Source: Eledone cirrhosa
Lineage: Eukaryota
Assembly (NCBI GenBank): GCA_964016885.1
Contig: OZ024742.1
Location: 200,756,001-200,820,000 of the forward strand
Reading direction: 5' to 3'
Length of the DNA: 64,000 nucleotides
In this document: positions 1 through 11,895 of the stretch, piece by piece
Layout of the letters: each line of letters opens with the position of its first letter
Position numbering within the stretch: the first letter of the stretch is position 1
The notes under the pieces: generated by a model
What the model was told of the DNA's origin: nothing
Seen by the model: only the letters and a program-made list of their open reading frames with translations
The model's database searches: none
Translations under genes and position numbers: made by a program

Positions 1-148
1 TATATATGTAAGTATATATATATATATGATATGTAAGTATATATATATATATATAAGTATTTATATATATATAAGTGTTTTTATATATATACATATATAT
101 ATATATACATTTATATATATACATATATATATATATATATACATGTAA

Positions 149-185
<37 letters not shown>

Positions 186-235
186 TATATATATGTATAT
201 ATATATAAGTATATATATATATATATATATATAAG

Positions 236-267
<32 letters not shown>

Positions 268-268
268 A

Positions 269-307
<39 letters not shown>

Positions 308-335
308 AGTATATATATATATATATGATATGTAA

Positions 336-378
<43 letters not shown>

Positions 379-422
379 TATTTATATATATATAAGTATT
401 TTTATATATATATATAAATATT

Positions 423-504
<82 letters not shown>

Positions 505-551
505 AATAAATATATATATATATGAGTCTGTGTTTATATATACACACACAC

Positions 552-605
<54 letters not shown>
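1..605. repeat. (TA)n-rich microsatellite tract with TAAG/TATG interruptions
   Basis: Directly visible; many similar (TA)n/(CA)n tracts occur throughout (e.g. 4310-4490, 18460-18670, 28965-30075, 50210-50565). Confidence 0.95.
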
Positions 606-606
<1 letters not shown>

Positions 607-1020
607 TTTGTATTTGTACATACAGTTTTCCTCTTCATTATTCTCCATAGCAAAAAATATTTGTTTTCAATATTTCTTCTTCACAATACGTTCCCTCGAG
701 GCATTCCTTTTTTTTTCTCCCTGTTATCTCCTTTATTATTCTAGCAGATGTGAACATGCCAACGAGTAAGCCTCCGTGTGGTTAGAAATAGTAGACAAAT
801 TTCCGTGCGGTTATGTGAGATACGGATAAAACCCTACAAATAAAAGCCTACTGAACAATAACCCCAGCTGACAGAATGACCAGGCTGAAATCCACAAGGA
901 TAAATCCTCACATTACCACAGAACAAAAAAAAATAATAAATAAAACAGTACTAACTCGAACAAAAACTCATCACAGATATTTATAACTAATATTAAAAGA
1001 TGTAATTAATTGACATCAGA

Positions 1021-1188
1021 AGAGGGTCGGACGCCATGCTTTGCAGCAAAGAGTAACAGCCCTTTGTGGTCTGAGTTCAAACCCCGCCGAGGTTAACTTT
1101 GCCTTTCATCCTTACAGGTTCGATAAAATAAAGTACCAGTAATACACTGGGATAATTGCTGGCCTTGTGCCAAAAGTAGAAACAATTA
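1021..1188 (+). mobile_element. tRNA-derived SINE family A, 5'-truncated copy
   Basis: B-box GAGTTCAAACCC, central GCCGAGGTTAACTTTGCCTTTCATCCTTAC..CGATAAAATAAAGTACCAG, 3' GGCCTTGTGCCAAAAGTAGAAACAATTA; near-identical to many other copies in the window. Confidence 0.85.
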
Positions 1189-1910
1189 TATGGAGGAAAC
1201 TAAAACTATATAATCATGAACAGATAACGTTGATGTTTTTTTTTTACGTGGGCGTTTGTCTGGCGCATATTGTTTCTCGTGTTTTTTCTCCTGTGGAGAT
1301 TTTCTCCTGTGGTTTCGGTGCGGTAATAATCCACAGTGAGAGTTTCGGGAAAAAAATCTGTATATATTAGAAAATGACGTTAGTGAAAAATAAATATATT
1401 AAGAAATATCTAATATATATTTGTGAAATGGGTGGTGGTTGAAATTCAGATGTACACGGTTAAATGGTAGTAGACGTCGTCAGACTGACATGAAAATTTA
1501 CACACCTATGTAAAAAGGGCTAAGGAAGCAAATAGACGAGATTTCAAATCTCTATCGCGTTCGGTGAGTTATATGCATGTATTTATGTGTTTATATGAGC
1601 GGGGGTATGCAAGTATATCTTACTTTGTGGACAGCTTATCCTTAGCATAATATTCATGCTAGAACAGCATATATTTGAAAGTTTTCAGGGAGTTGAATTA
1701 CTGATTTTGGATCGGCAGCTTTAGCGGGGATGAATCTTCTTTGCATTTTTCCATCTCTTTCTTTCTCTCTGGAAGAAATCAGCCGTAGTAAGACCTAAAA
1801 AAATGGTTAGATACAACTTGACGCACCGTGCATCACGGTGGAGTTGAAAAGCAGACTCAGAACATGGCGTTGTATGGGGTGGCTCGCAACCCAATGTTTC
1901 AGGGGGAGCA

Positions 1911-1995
1911 GAAGAAGAAGAAGAAGAAGAAGAAGAAGAAGAAGAAGAAGAAGAAGAAGAAGAAGAAGAAGAAGAAGAAGAAGAAGAAGAAGAAG

Positions 1996-2024
<29 letters not shown>
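1911..2024. repeat. (GAA)n microsatellite
   Basis: Perfect trinucleotide run. Confidence 0.97.
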
Positions 2025-2026
<2 letters not shown>

Positions 2027-2347
2027 GAGCTGGAGTCCTATCAAATATGTAGGTTGTGTCTTAAATTGAAGGTTTAGTAGAAACAATTCATGTATAGTTT
2101 TGTACTTTTCTTTTTGTCATTCATATATAAACAAATCTACTATATAAATTGGAAGTGGTCAGACGTTGTATATGTAGGTGTAGTCGGATAAACGTCGAAA
2201 CGGCTTGGTGGAATGCAGCGAAAATTTATACAGTTATGCAGAATGACCCGAGGAGGTGTTGGGTCAACTTTCAAGCTACAAGCTTCCATGGTTACGGAGA
2301 AAATCGATGAAACAGGAATTTCCCATTCAAATTGAACTGAGAGTAAC

Positions 2348-2476
2348 CTGTGAACGCAGAAGTAATTATTTCGAGAAACGTTGCAACCGAACGAAAACAG
2401 GAAGACGATATTTTGGTTCGTGAAGACGTTCCCTGGCAATGACCGGGAAAAAAGCGAGGATAATACGTCGTTATGT
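2348..2476. repeat. Dispersed repeat shared with 44515-44641 (possible Helitron internal sequence)
   Basis: CTGTGAACGCAGAAGTAA..AAACGTTGCAACCG..CAGGAAGACGATA..ACGTTCCCTGGCAA..TAATACGTC.TTATG at both loci. Confidence 0.6.
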
Positions 2477-3332
2477 GGAGCGTGAAGAACAATTTCATGC
2501 AAAGACAAGACCAAGTTTATGGTATAAATGGAGTCGTTAGACTAATATTCTATTTAAAATAACAGAATGATTTCCAGCCCCGGAGTTTAAGAATGATGTA
2601 AATACAATTGAAAACGAAAATGACAGAGGTTATTAAAATAGTAAAAGTAAATAGTGGAAATTTAGGCCAGTGCATACGTATGCCCCGACGGACATACACA
2701 TACATACGCACACACAAATACATACCCCCCCACACACACGCACACACACGAACGCACGCGCGTATGTATAAACCTTATGCATTTCTACAGTATTTTCACC
2801 AAACTTAAGACATAGGTTACTTATGTACTCCGGATGGTCATGGGCACTGTTATTTTTCCAGATATTGATTATAGGCCCCCCCCCCCCCCCCCCGTCGGCA
2901 GATAACCCCTTTAACCACTGCCTTGGAGTCGACTGAAGCACTGCAGTGCAATGCAACAAAACGTCATAACTTCTGGAGTTCGCAACCGATTTTCACAAAA
3001 CTTGACACATGGGCTACGTTTGTTCTACAGATGATTGTGAACTCTCAGAATTGGCACATATTGGGTAGGGGACTCCTGGGGGCAGGAACCCTCTTTTGGA
3101 AAAAGCCGATGATTTTGTAAAAGTATAGTTTTCGAAGCAGCACTGAAGTATTGACATAAATGGTATACACAATTGCTATTTAATATCCGAGCAACTCAAT
3201 ATTAGCAACCTCTGCTAATATTCAATGAAATCTTCAAAGGTGTAATTTTATTGTGTAAAACTGGATTCGATTTAGAAATAAAAATATGAACCTTTATAAT
3301 GGCCCATACTGAAATGATATATATATATATAT

Positions 3333-3445
3333 AAAGAGTCAGGACCCCGGAGCTCAGACGTCGGGGTCCTGACTCTTTTCCTATTACCAACTCTACTACC
3401 CTAAATATGGAGTATTTTGGTGCGTTATGGTCCACCTGCTATTTT
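3333..3445 (+). mobile_element. Short (TA)n-embedded repeat (likely PLE 3' terminus) preceded by a 17-bp perfect hairpin
   Basis: Stem AAAGAGTCAGGACCCCG/CGGGGTCCTGACTCTTT; the downstream ~90 bp recurs at 20038-20123 (-) and 49555-49642 (+), each time adjacent to (TA)n. Confidence 0.55.
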
Positions 3446-3478
3446 ACCACACTCTCTTTGTTTTCTATATATATACAG

Positions 3479-3517
<39 letters not shown>

Positions 3518-3538
3518 TCACCCACTCCCACACCCATG

Positions 3539-3572
<34 letters not shown>

Positions 3573-3867
3573 ACTCCCTTTCTGTAAGACTTACTCCCAT
3601 GCTGACAACCCACCCAAAATGTTAACATCATCAATGGAACGTACCAGAAATATAGGGTCATTACATCATATGTATTCTTTGACCTCCCGCTTATATAAAG
3701 CTGAAAACAAGACAAACTGTCATATTCTATCACACTTCAACACCCATTTTCTCTCTTCTCTTACGCGATTACACATACAAACATGCACTTCTTGCACACA
3801 CCTGCCGCACACAGGAATAGACATATATATATTATGAGCATTTGTTTTTCTATAAATATATAATGCA

Positions 3868-4235
3868 TGAAGGCGCATGGCACATGGCGCCTTAAATTAT
3901 TTCACATTGCTTCAGTCCATTCAGTTGCAAAAGTGAATGTGAAGCTGGGATTGAAAGGGCCAGCATTGGCATATATTCTATCTCGCTGAATGTCCTTCTA
4001 AGAAGTACGTTAAAGGCACACGTATTTGTGGGAGGCTGAGACATTAACACTGAAACAAAAGACAGATTGTTTTTTTAAAATCAAATGGTTGGCCTTGTCA
4101 AATACTGTCTCATGCTCAATCTTCCTGAGAACTTGATTAAGAATACACGTTTCTGTAAGACGCTCAGTTATGTGCTTGTTACTTGTTTTTGTTAATCAAA
4201 CAACTGGAACCTTCATAGATGGAACTGACGGAGGT
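3868..4235 (+). mobile_element. SINE family B, degraded copy with internally duplicated body
   Basis: Starts TGAAGGCG like 27530(-); TATTTCACATTGCT and AACTGGAAC..TC..GGAACTGACGGAG segments shared with 44190-44360, 58530-58840, 61400-61690. Confidence 0.5.
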
Positions 4236-4338
4236 TCAACACATACATACATGCACACACAGACACAGATAGATACACACACATACACAGAGACACACAT
4301 ACACACATATATAAGTATATATATATATGAACATATAT

Positions 4339-4492
<154 letters not shown>

Positions 4493-4809
4493 AAGGCCCA
4501 TAGGTTAGTGGTTAGAACGTTGGCTTACATTAGTGGGGTTGTCAGTTCGATTTGGTGAAGTAAATGAAATACTAGCAATTAATTAAATATTGAAATAAGA
4601 CAACTATGTGTGTGTATGTATGAATGTGTGTTTGTTTGTGTATGTCGTTTCACCTTTTACTTTGTCTTACAAACATACCACCCAAATTACTCCCTTACTG
4701 ATTTTTTGTGAGTGAACAATCCCCCCCGACCCCCCCAAAAAAATAATAATAAAGGAAAATACAAATAACAGAAAAAAATCAGGCAAAGACAAAGAAGACC
4801 ACCACTACC

Positions 4810-4851
<42 letters not shown>

Positions 4852-5683
4852 ATCAACACCGAAAATAACTAACAATAATAATAACTAAAAGAGCCTCAGC
4901 TCTCCATCAACCGCATCCCCACCCCTCCACCACCACCACCACCACAACCAACACCACCACAACCACCACCACCAACAACAACAAGCAACAATTTCGCAAT
5001 CTTTAAATCCCGTTTTTATTGATTTGGTCGCGAGATTCCAAGCAGATGCTTCACGAAGAATTTGTGCAGTGATGTGTTTGAGGTGAAGATATGTCTGTTA
5101 ATAATGGTAAAGCTTGGTTGCAAGAACTTATTCAAGTAGATTAAGATCTACCTTGCCACTGGCTGATACAAGAAATACACGTTAAACATGGCGGTCGGTG
5201 CAAGATATCTTTAATATTAAACTTGCGTCTATAAATATTTATTTGGCTTTCACACAGATTTCGCCATTTTTTCGAGAGGGTTTCACGTGATGTAAGTATA
5301 CGGTTGTGTGTATGTGGTTTGGGTGCTTAATCTGTGTATGCATGTGTAGGTATGTATGTAAGAATGGATGTGTGTATATATGTGTGGATATGTAACCATG
5401 TATGTATTTATCAATGAGTGTGTGAATATGCTGTATTTATGTATGCACATACGTATGTATTTTTGTATTTATGTATGTGTATGAACGTATGAGTGCGATC
5501 GTATGTAATTGTACAAACACACACACACACAGACACACACATATATACATATACTTACATACAGACATACAAATATATGCATACATAACTCAAGTAGTGT
5601 GCGTGTTTCTTATCTGTTGCCTCCAGCTAACCTATCATGTGCCTTTTATTAAAATGCGTGTATATATATATATAATAACAATA

Positions 5684-5803
5684 ATAATTGTTTCTACTTT
5701 AGGCACAAGGCCAGCAAATACCCAGTGCATTACTGGTACTTTATTTTATCGACCCCGTAAGGATGAAAGCAAAGTCAACCTCGGCGGGATTTGAACTCAG
5801 ATC

Positions 5804-5838
<35 letters not shown>

Positions 5839-5964
5839 TGTTTCTACTTTAGGCACAAGGCCAGCAATTACCCAGTGCATTACTGGTACTTTATTTTATC
5901 GACCCCGTAAGGATGAAAGGCAAAGTCAACCTCGGCGGGATTTGAACTCAGATCGTAAAGGGAC

Positions 5965-5966
<2 letters not shown>
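5684..5966 (-). mobile_element. Two tandem 5'-truncated SINE family A copies joined by (ATT)n
   Basis: Copies ~5684-5805 and ~5835-5966 are reverse complements of the SINE body, separated and flanked by (AAT)n. Confidence 0.88.
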
Positions 5967-6016
<50 letters not shown>

Positions 6017-6306
6017 CAATAACAATATATATATATGTATATACACACATGCATATATACATATATATGAATATATACACACACACATATATATATATAT
6101 ATATACATATACACATACATATATACATATATTTATATATACAATATATAGAGAAACACACAGATACATGCGGACACATACATACACTGAATATATCCAC
6201 ATATATCCCTGAGTTAGTGGTACCAACCTCAACCGATGTTGCTCTACGAATAACTGGGACAAACCATTCCGAATGGATTAGATTGATTCAGTATCAGAGC
6301 TATATA

Positions 6307-6898
6307 ATACATTATGAAGAGAGAAGAAACATTAGATATAATTAGTAATAAGATATATCATACCTAAACTGCTTCTATAGTCCCCGACTACGTAGTTTCG
6401 TGGCATATTATGCAAAAACACTACATCATAGAGATATAGAGTTTTTGTGAGATCTGCCGACTTATCATTAAGGGTTTCAAAACACGTCTGTGATGCGCGA
6501 GATAGAATGTCGAAAAGGCGGAGGGGGAGTCAATCACATGATACAGCGGTCAAGAAACAGAGCTAAGCCCCTTATAACCCTGAAAAAAGTACCACGGAGG
6601 CAGAGGGGGTATTTATATGAAAGCCGTAGAAGATGTGGTTTGAGGAGGCGAGAAGTATGAGTAATGGTAGCTATCCAGCAGTCACTATACTTCAAAGGTT
6701 ACTCGACCAAAGGGAGTTATAAACAATATATAGAGAACACACAGATACATGCGGACACATACATACACATGTATCTCTATGATGTAGTGTTTTTGCATAA
6801 TATGCCACTAAACTACGTAGTCGGGGACTATAGAAGCAGTTTAGGTATGATATATCTTATTACTAATTATATCTAATGTTTCTTCTCTCTTCATAATG

Positions 6899-6900
<2 letters not shown>
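6307..6900. mobile_element. Inverted duplication (~130-bp arms) carrying a variant hammerhead motif; probable PLE terminal remnant
   Basis: ~6307-6437 is the reverse complement of ~6772-6900; a ~48-bp direct repeat also occurs at ~6141-6188 and ~6723-6768. Confidence 0.7.
6382..6433 (-). ncRNA. Candidate variant hammerhead ribozyme
   Basis: ctct-ATGATGTA-gtg..gcat aat atgc cac-GAAA-ctacgtag-TC-gggg; palindromic stem III, GUC site; non-canonical core; the + copy (6775-6826) has G12>T. Confidence 0.4.
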
Positions 6901-6946
<46 letters not shown>

Positions 6947-7153
6947 GGGCGGTGGATTGGCAGTATTGGTAGAGGGTCGGACGCCATGCTTTGACGCATA
7001 GAGTTACGGCCCTTGCCATTCTGAGTTTAAACCCGCCGAGGTTAACTTTGCCTTTCATCCTTACGGGGTCGATAAAATAAAGTACCAGTAATGCACTGGG
7101 ATAATTGCTGGCCTTGTGCCAAAAGTAGAAACAATTATTATTATTATTATTAT
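6947..7153 (+). mobile_element. Full-length tRNA-derived SINE family A with (ATT)n tail
   Basis: A-box TGGCAGTATTGG, B-box-like GAGTTTAAACCC, conserved central domain GCCTTTCATCCTTACGGGGTCGATAAAATAAAGTACCAG (resembles the Meta/Sauria-type central domain from memory, unverified), (ATT)n tail. Confidence 0.9.
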
Positions 7154-7198
7154 TTCTTTTGTCGGCCCTTGTGGCCAATAAATGAAATTATTATTATT
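7154..7198 (+). mobile_element. Extreme 3' end of the Tx1-like LINE
   Basis: TGTCGGCCCTTGTGGCCAATAAATGAAATTATTATT matches the reverse complement of 13862-13898. Confidence 0.7.
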
Positions 7199-7442
7199 TC
7201 TTTTGCAATTAGTACGGAGATGTAAATAAGAAACGGAGATATTATTAATAACAATATTGCTACAGACAGGATGTTTCATCAAATTGTCAGTGTAGGCCAT
7301 TACGTTATGTTATGTTTCTGTAGTTCTGCAAAAGAAGCTTAGATTAATAAAATAATATAATATATTTATATGTGTATTTATATATATATACATATAGGCA
7401 CAGAAACAGACGCTCACTTGTATGTATGTATGTACACACATG

Positions 7443-7501
<59 letters not shown>

Positions 7502-7559
7502 GAAATGAATACAAAGAGTTTAAAACAGTTAAAGATAGTAATAGCTTTACTTTAGGATC

Positions 7560-8013
7560 TAGGAGCGACCGTGACGGAAAATTCAGCTGTCGTGACAGGG
7601 GAGGCTGCCCTCTCAGGGGAAACTGCCTGGCTGATAAGGTTGTTTATAGGTGCACCGTAACTAGCCATAGCGTTAGAGTTAAACACTATATAGGAGCCAC
7701 CTCTGGCCAGTTTAAAACGATATTTAGAACGCATCTCCACTCTTTCAGGAACAAAAAATTAAGGCACTCCACATCGTTTGCCAACTACGTCACCACATTG
7801 CAAAACGCCAACATAAGCTTCTCCACACACTGGGATATTGTCAGTTGGGCTGCACCCTACATTTTCAGGGGGAAATGCCAGCTCTGCCTCATGGAGCTGT
7901 ATTACATCATAAGAACACCCCATGAGCTCTTAAACAGCCGAGCAGAATCAGTTATTAATTGTAAACACCGGGTACAAGCGTCGTATTTTGCCTGGGAGGC
8001 GACTGTGACATGA
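7560..8013 (+). CDS. GIY-YIG endonuclease domain of a Penelope-like element (fragment; RT missing)
   Basis: [55 protein letters not shown] motif series. Confidence 0.85.
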
Positions 8014-8400
8014 AAATTACGAACTGGGTCCTCCTGCCCGAACCATAACACCTCGCTGGGCAGGCAGTATGAACAAACATCTGTGAACCTAATGTACACT
8101 GCAGACCATACTCGAACAAACATTAGTGAAGCAACATCCACTAAATAATAAATGGACACTCCAGACCCGACCTGTACTGGCACTAGTGAAACAACACACA
8201 TAATATAAAGATGCTAAACACCAGCATATGAACAGGCATTAAAATCCACATGGGACTGATTGCTTGAACACCGACCAGAGTTACTCTCCCTGCTCTGTGA
8301 TAATAAAAACACATGCACAGAGTGGAAAATGAATGATGATGTTAATTTAACCGTAAATTCCCTCCTGGGTCCTATATTGAACATTATTTTGCTTTCCATA

Positions 8401-8437
8401 CCCTTGATAAACCCGCTCAGGGCGAAACGTACATAGG
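8401..8437 (+). ncRNA. Minimal hammerhead ribozyme, U3/A8 covariant core (partly decayed)
   Basis: ccc-TTGATAA-accc gctca gggc-GAAA-cgtaca-TA-gg downstream of the GIY-YIG ORF. Confidence 0.55.
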
Positions 8438-8651
8438 TGCACAATTATATAAACATGTTTTAACGGTTTTAAACTCTTTGTATTCATTTCCTTTATAATC
8501 GCTCTGCTTATTTTTTTTCGCCCACTAAATATTGACGCCTCTAATATTTAACCCTGTAGGCACGAGTATTGAGCACATGTGCATAAACTATTGGCAACTA
8601 AATATATGTATCGACCATCTTTCCATTCTCTTTTCTCTCTCGATACCTAAT

Positions 8652-8726
<75 letters not shown>

Positions 8727-8728
<2 letters not shown>

Positions 8729-9500
8729 GAGTTGACGGACCCACCATATTTATCAATGCCAGGACCGATTGTATCTCAGCGTACTCAATAGGTAATGTAG
8801 AATACATTCCCAGAGTATACACATAGCTGTTCGCAACAATACAGCACACGTAAACGAGTGCCTATAGTAGTTCCCGGACTCGAGTTTTGGCCACACGTAA
8901 TGCAGCAGTAGGGTGCAACAATGCATAATCGGCGCATGTGGCTTCATCAGCGGGTATCGCCTAATCAATAACCAATCGATCGACAGAATTCAACCCCAGT
9001 CCATGCCGGCTATTACTGTTTGTGACAGCCGACACAGTAAAGTGATTAGCAACTGGAATCTGATACAACTCTGTCCCCTGATCGGCCTCCGATTTACAAA
9101 CTTTACGTGGTGGCAGGAGATTAAAAAACAAATATTTCCGTTTCCGTCAAAACCTCTCAGTCAACGTGTCTCCCCAACAGTTGAACTCTAGCCGTTTCAA
9201 CAGCTAGAGTTCAAATAATGATTGTTGAGAGGCGACAAACCCTGTAATATTCTGAATTTCTCACTAAAACAAAAAATACATTTTTTGCTACTAATGGTGT
9301 AAGGCCTGGATCTGTCAAATATTTCCAATTCATCTTCTGTGAAACTTATTTCTATTTTAATTGCCAGGGCAGTACTGGTTCTCATATCCAGATTCCCGAG
9401 GAGTACAGATGCGAGTTAAAACGTTGCTTAAAACGATCGTGCACCATAACGCTTGCTATACCACTTCGGGCCAGCATGGTATAGCAAGCCACATCGGACA
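8727..9500 (-). mobile_element. Decayed Penelope-like element 3' part (GIY-YIG pseudogene + HHR)
   Basis: Minus-strand translation, with frameshifts, FKQRFNSHLYS..MRTSTALA..DRSRPYTISSKKCIFCFSEKFRIL..LNS; ends at (TA)n, tail-to-tail with the 7494-8656 element. Confidence 0.75.
8873..8954 (-). ncRNA. Type I hammerhead ribozyme with long stem II (G12>A)
   Basis: cccg-CTGATGA-a gccacatg..cgtgtggc c-AAAA-ctcgag-TC-cggg; perfect stem I, palindromic stem III. Confidence 0.7.
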
Positions 9501-10009
9501 CTGGAATAGTTCCTTTATTTTCCTCAGTCGAAGAGTTACTAATCTCGAAATATCAGGTTATATGAATAAATTAAGGTAAAAGAGAACAAACATCTATATG
9601 TTGTGCTTTTTGCGTTTTGATTTTTCTCCGTCCAAACCTGTATTTTCGTGGCTTTCCAATTTCGAATTCTATATATCATATACAATGCTTCAAGTAAACT
9701 ATAAATACCTCCTATATATATATAGATGTATATATATGATAGATTTATGAGATATTGGATGCGATCTTACAGCATGGCATCTTCGACAAATGTCTTTACC
9801 ATAGCCTTGAGTGTGTGTAGACGGAAACTGCAGACAGATGGCCTGAACTTGTAACTCAAATGTCTAGCCTTATCACATATCTCATTCGATTTGGAAATTA
9901 GGTGGAGTTTGTGGATGTGTGTCAAATATTTCATCAGTTTTATTTCTATTGCTCTTATGTCTTCTCTATCGTTGGTGAACTGTGTTTATATAAGAGGAAG
10001 CATCAAGTG

Positions 10010-10015
<6 letters not shown>

Positions 10016-10072
<57 letters not shown>

Positions 10073-10125
10073 TCTCTCTCTCTCGCTCTCTCTCTTTATC
10101 TCTTTCTTTATCTATCTATCTATCT
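10016..10125. repeat. (CT)n microsatellite
   Basis: Directly visible. Confidence 0.95.
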
Positions 10126-10267
10126 TCATATGCGTTTCCTTCCCAATGAAGTCGGTGGGCATACTAAAACTTGGTGGAACACATTCCTCTCCAGGTCTGA
10201 ACATTAGTACAAGATATATGGAGAAGAATAAAAAGAAGAAGAAGAGGAAGAAGGAGAAGAAATAATG

Positions 10268-10405
10268 GCTTCTGGTTTAGGCACAATGTCAGCAATCTTT
10301 GACAGAGGGGAAAATCAATTAGATCGAACCCAATATGTACTGGTACTTTATTTTATTGACATCGTAAGGATAAATGCCATAGTTAACCTTAAAGGAATTA
10401 GAACA
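10268..10405 (-). mobile_element. Diverged SINE family A copy
   Basis: TTTAGGCACAA..ACTGGTACTTTATTTTATTGAC..GTAAGGATAAATG..AGTTAACCT. Confidence 0.6.
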
Positions 10406-10789
10406 CTTTAACACTTACAATGCAGAGAACTGGTATTAATGTCTCATCTTTTCTATCCGACCTTCTAATGACTTTGCCAATTCTCCATAGCCACTATAAA
10501 AGCTGACAAGATAATCATTAGCAAGAGTGGCCTTTTTATCATCACATAAGAAGTGTGCTAGTTAAAATTAATGTAAATATTATGTTGTGTTGCCAATTCA
10601 AACACTTTGCTTCTTTTCCTCCTTGGAACCTTCATTTTAACTTATCTCCGTTCATCACAGATTACATTCGCCTAGATACATTTGTACATTTGTCACCAGA
10701 CTTCGATGGCTGTATCAATTATAATTGGTTATTGAGTTAGTTGTTAATTCAAAGTATTCTTTATATTGGGACAGGATGAAAACTGCGAA

Positions 10790-10930
10790 CTGATTCCCGA
10801 TTTCGAAAGTGTATTTTGAAATGTAGCTGACGAGAGATTTGGTAACCATTTTACGGAACTTATTAAGTACGCTCTTCCGCTTCTCATAGAAAATAATCAA
10901 TTATCTGCTAAGAAGAATGACAGAGAGAGA
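10790..10930 (-). pseudogene. Decayed PLE GIY-YIG C-terminus
   Basis: LIIFYEKRKSVLNKFRKMVTKSL resembles the EK..I..LNKRSE.V.KCRH end motif. Confidence 0.4.
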
Positions 10931-11054
10931 TGCTCTAGGTTTATTTACTGACTTACTCCTCACAATTTATGAATAATTCCGGAATACATATTGATACAAT
11001 TTCATGGTTTAGAAAGATGGCAACTCTTAAAACACAGATAGAAAGATACACACA

Positions 11055-11175
11055 TGTATGTATGTATGTATGTATGCATGTATGTATGTATGTATGTATG
11101 TATGTATGTATGTATGTATGTATGTATGTATGTATGTATGTATGTATGTATGTATGCATGTTTGTATGTATGTAT
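11055..11175. repeat. (TATG)n microsatellite
   Basis: Directly visible; another at 59770-59855. Confidence 0.95.
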
Positions 11176-11809
11176 ATCTACACTTATATATACAAACATA
11201 CATGCATACAAACATACATACATAAATACATACATACACCCATATACATATATTCATAAACCACACACACACACACACATGCATATATATATATATATAT
11301 ATAGAAAGACACACACATTTATATATATATGCGTGTTTGTGTACGCATGCGTGGATGTGCAGTATGTTCATAAATATACAATGACAGAAGAATAGAAAAG
11401 AAAAAGGAAAGAAAGGGACACAAATTGGGAAAGAAAACCAAGAAAAACAGACCAAAATATACAGGAGAACCTCAGTCTACTAATTTAATCTAGAGTGTAA
11501 GAAATACATACGAAACAAAACCACAACGATAGGGACCAATTTGTAAAGTAACCATTTACATTGACATCGGGACGAAATGGCTGTTTATATGACACCGTAA
11601 GTGGCATGAAACAACGATTTCTGCAAACTAATTATGGAGACAAATTGGCAGGCATGCGCAGAGGGTAAATTCTCACCAATATATCTAAATCTTTCTTGAT
11701 ATGTATTAGTTCATGCAGCCACCAACTATAATATATTGGATGGTGGGTGTGTTGGGGAGACGCCTGTTGATGAAGAGTGGCTTAAGATTATATATACTTG
11801 ATAGCGGTG

Positions 11810-11876
<67 letters not shown>

Positions 11877-11895
11877 ATAATAATAATAATAATAA
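11810..11895. repeat. (ACT)n followed by (AAT)n
   Basis: Directly visible; forms the 5' flank of the Dong element. Confidence 0.95.

Larger units (their letters stand above)
7494..8656 (+). mobile_element. 5'-truncated Penelope-like element (Naiad-type GIY-YIG) with inverted terminal segment
   Basis: GIY-YIG ORF, ~39-bp inverted repeat (7494-7533 / 8459-8497), HHR-like motif in the 3' region, (TA)n on both sides. Confidence 0.8.

Noticed and set aside
2136-2180. TCTACTATATAAA Helitron-like 5' end
   Set aside because: Orientation conflicts with the adjacent shared repeat, and no matching 3' CTAG hairpin was found
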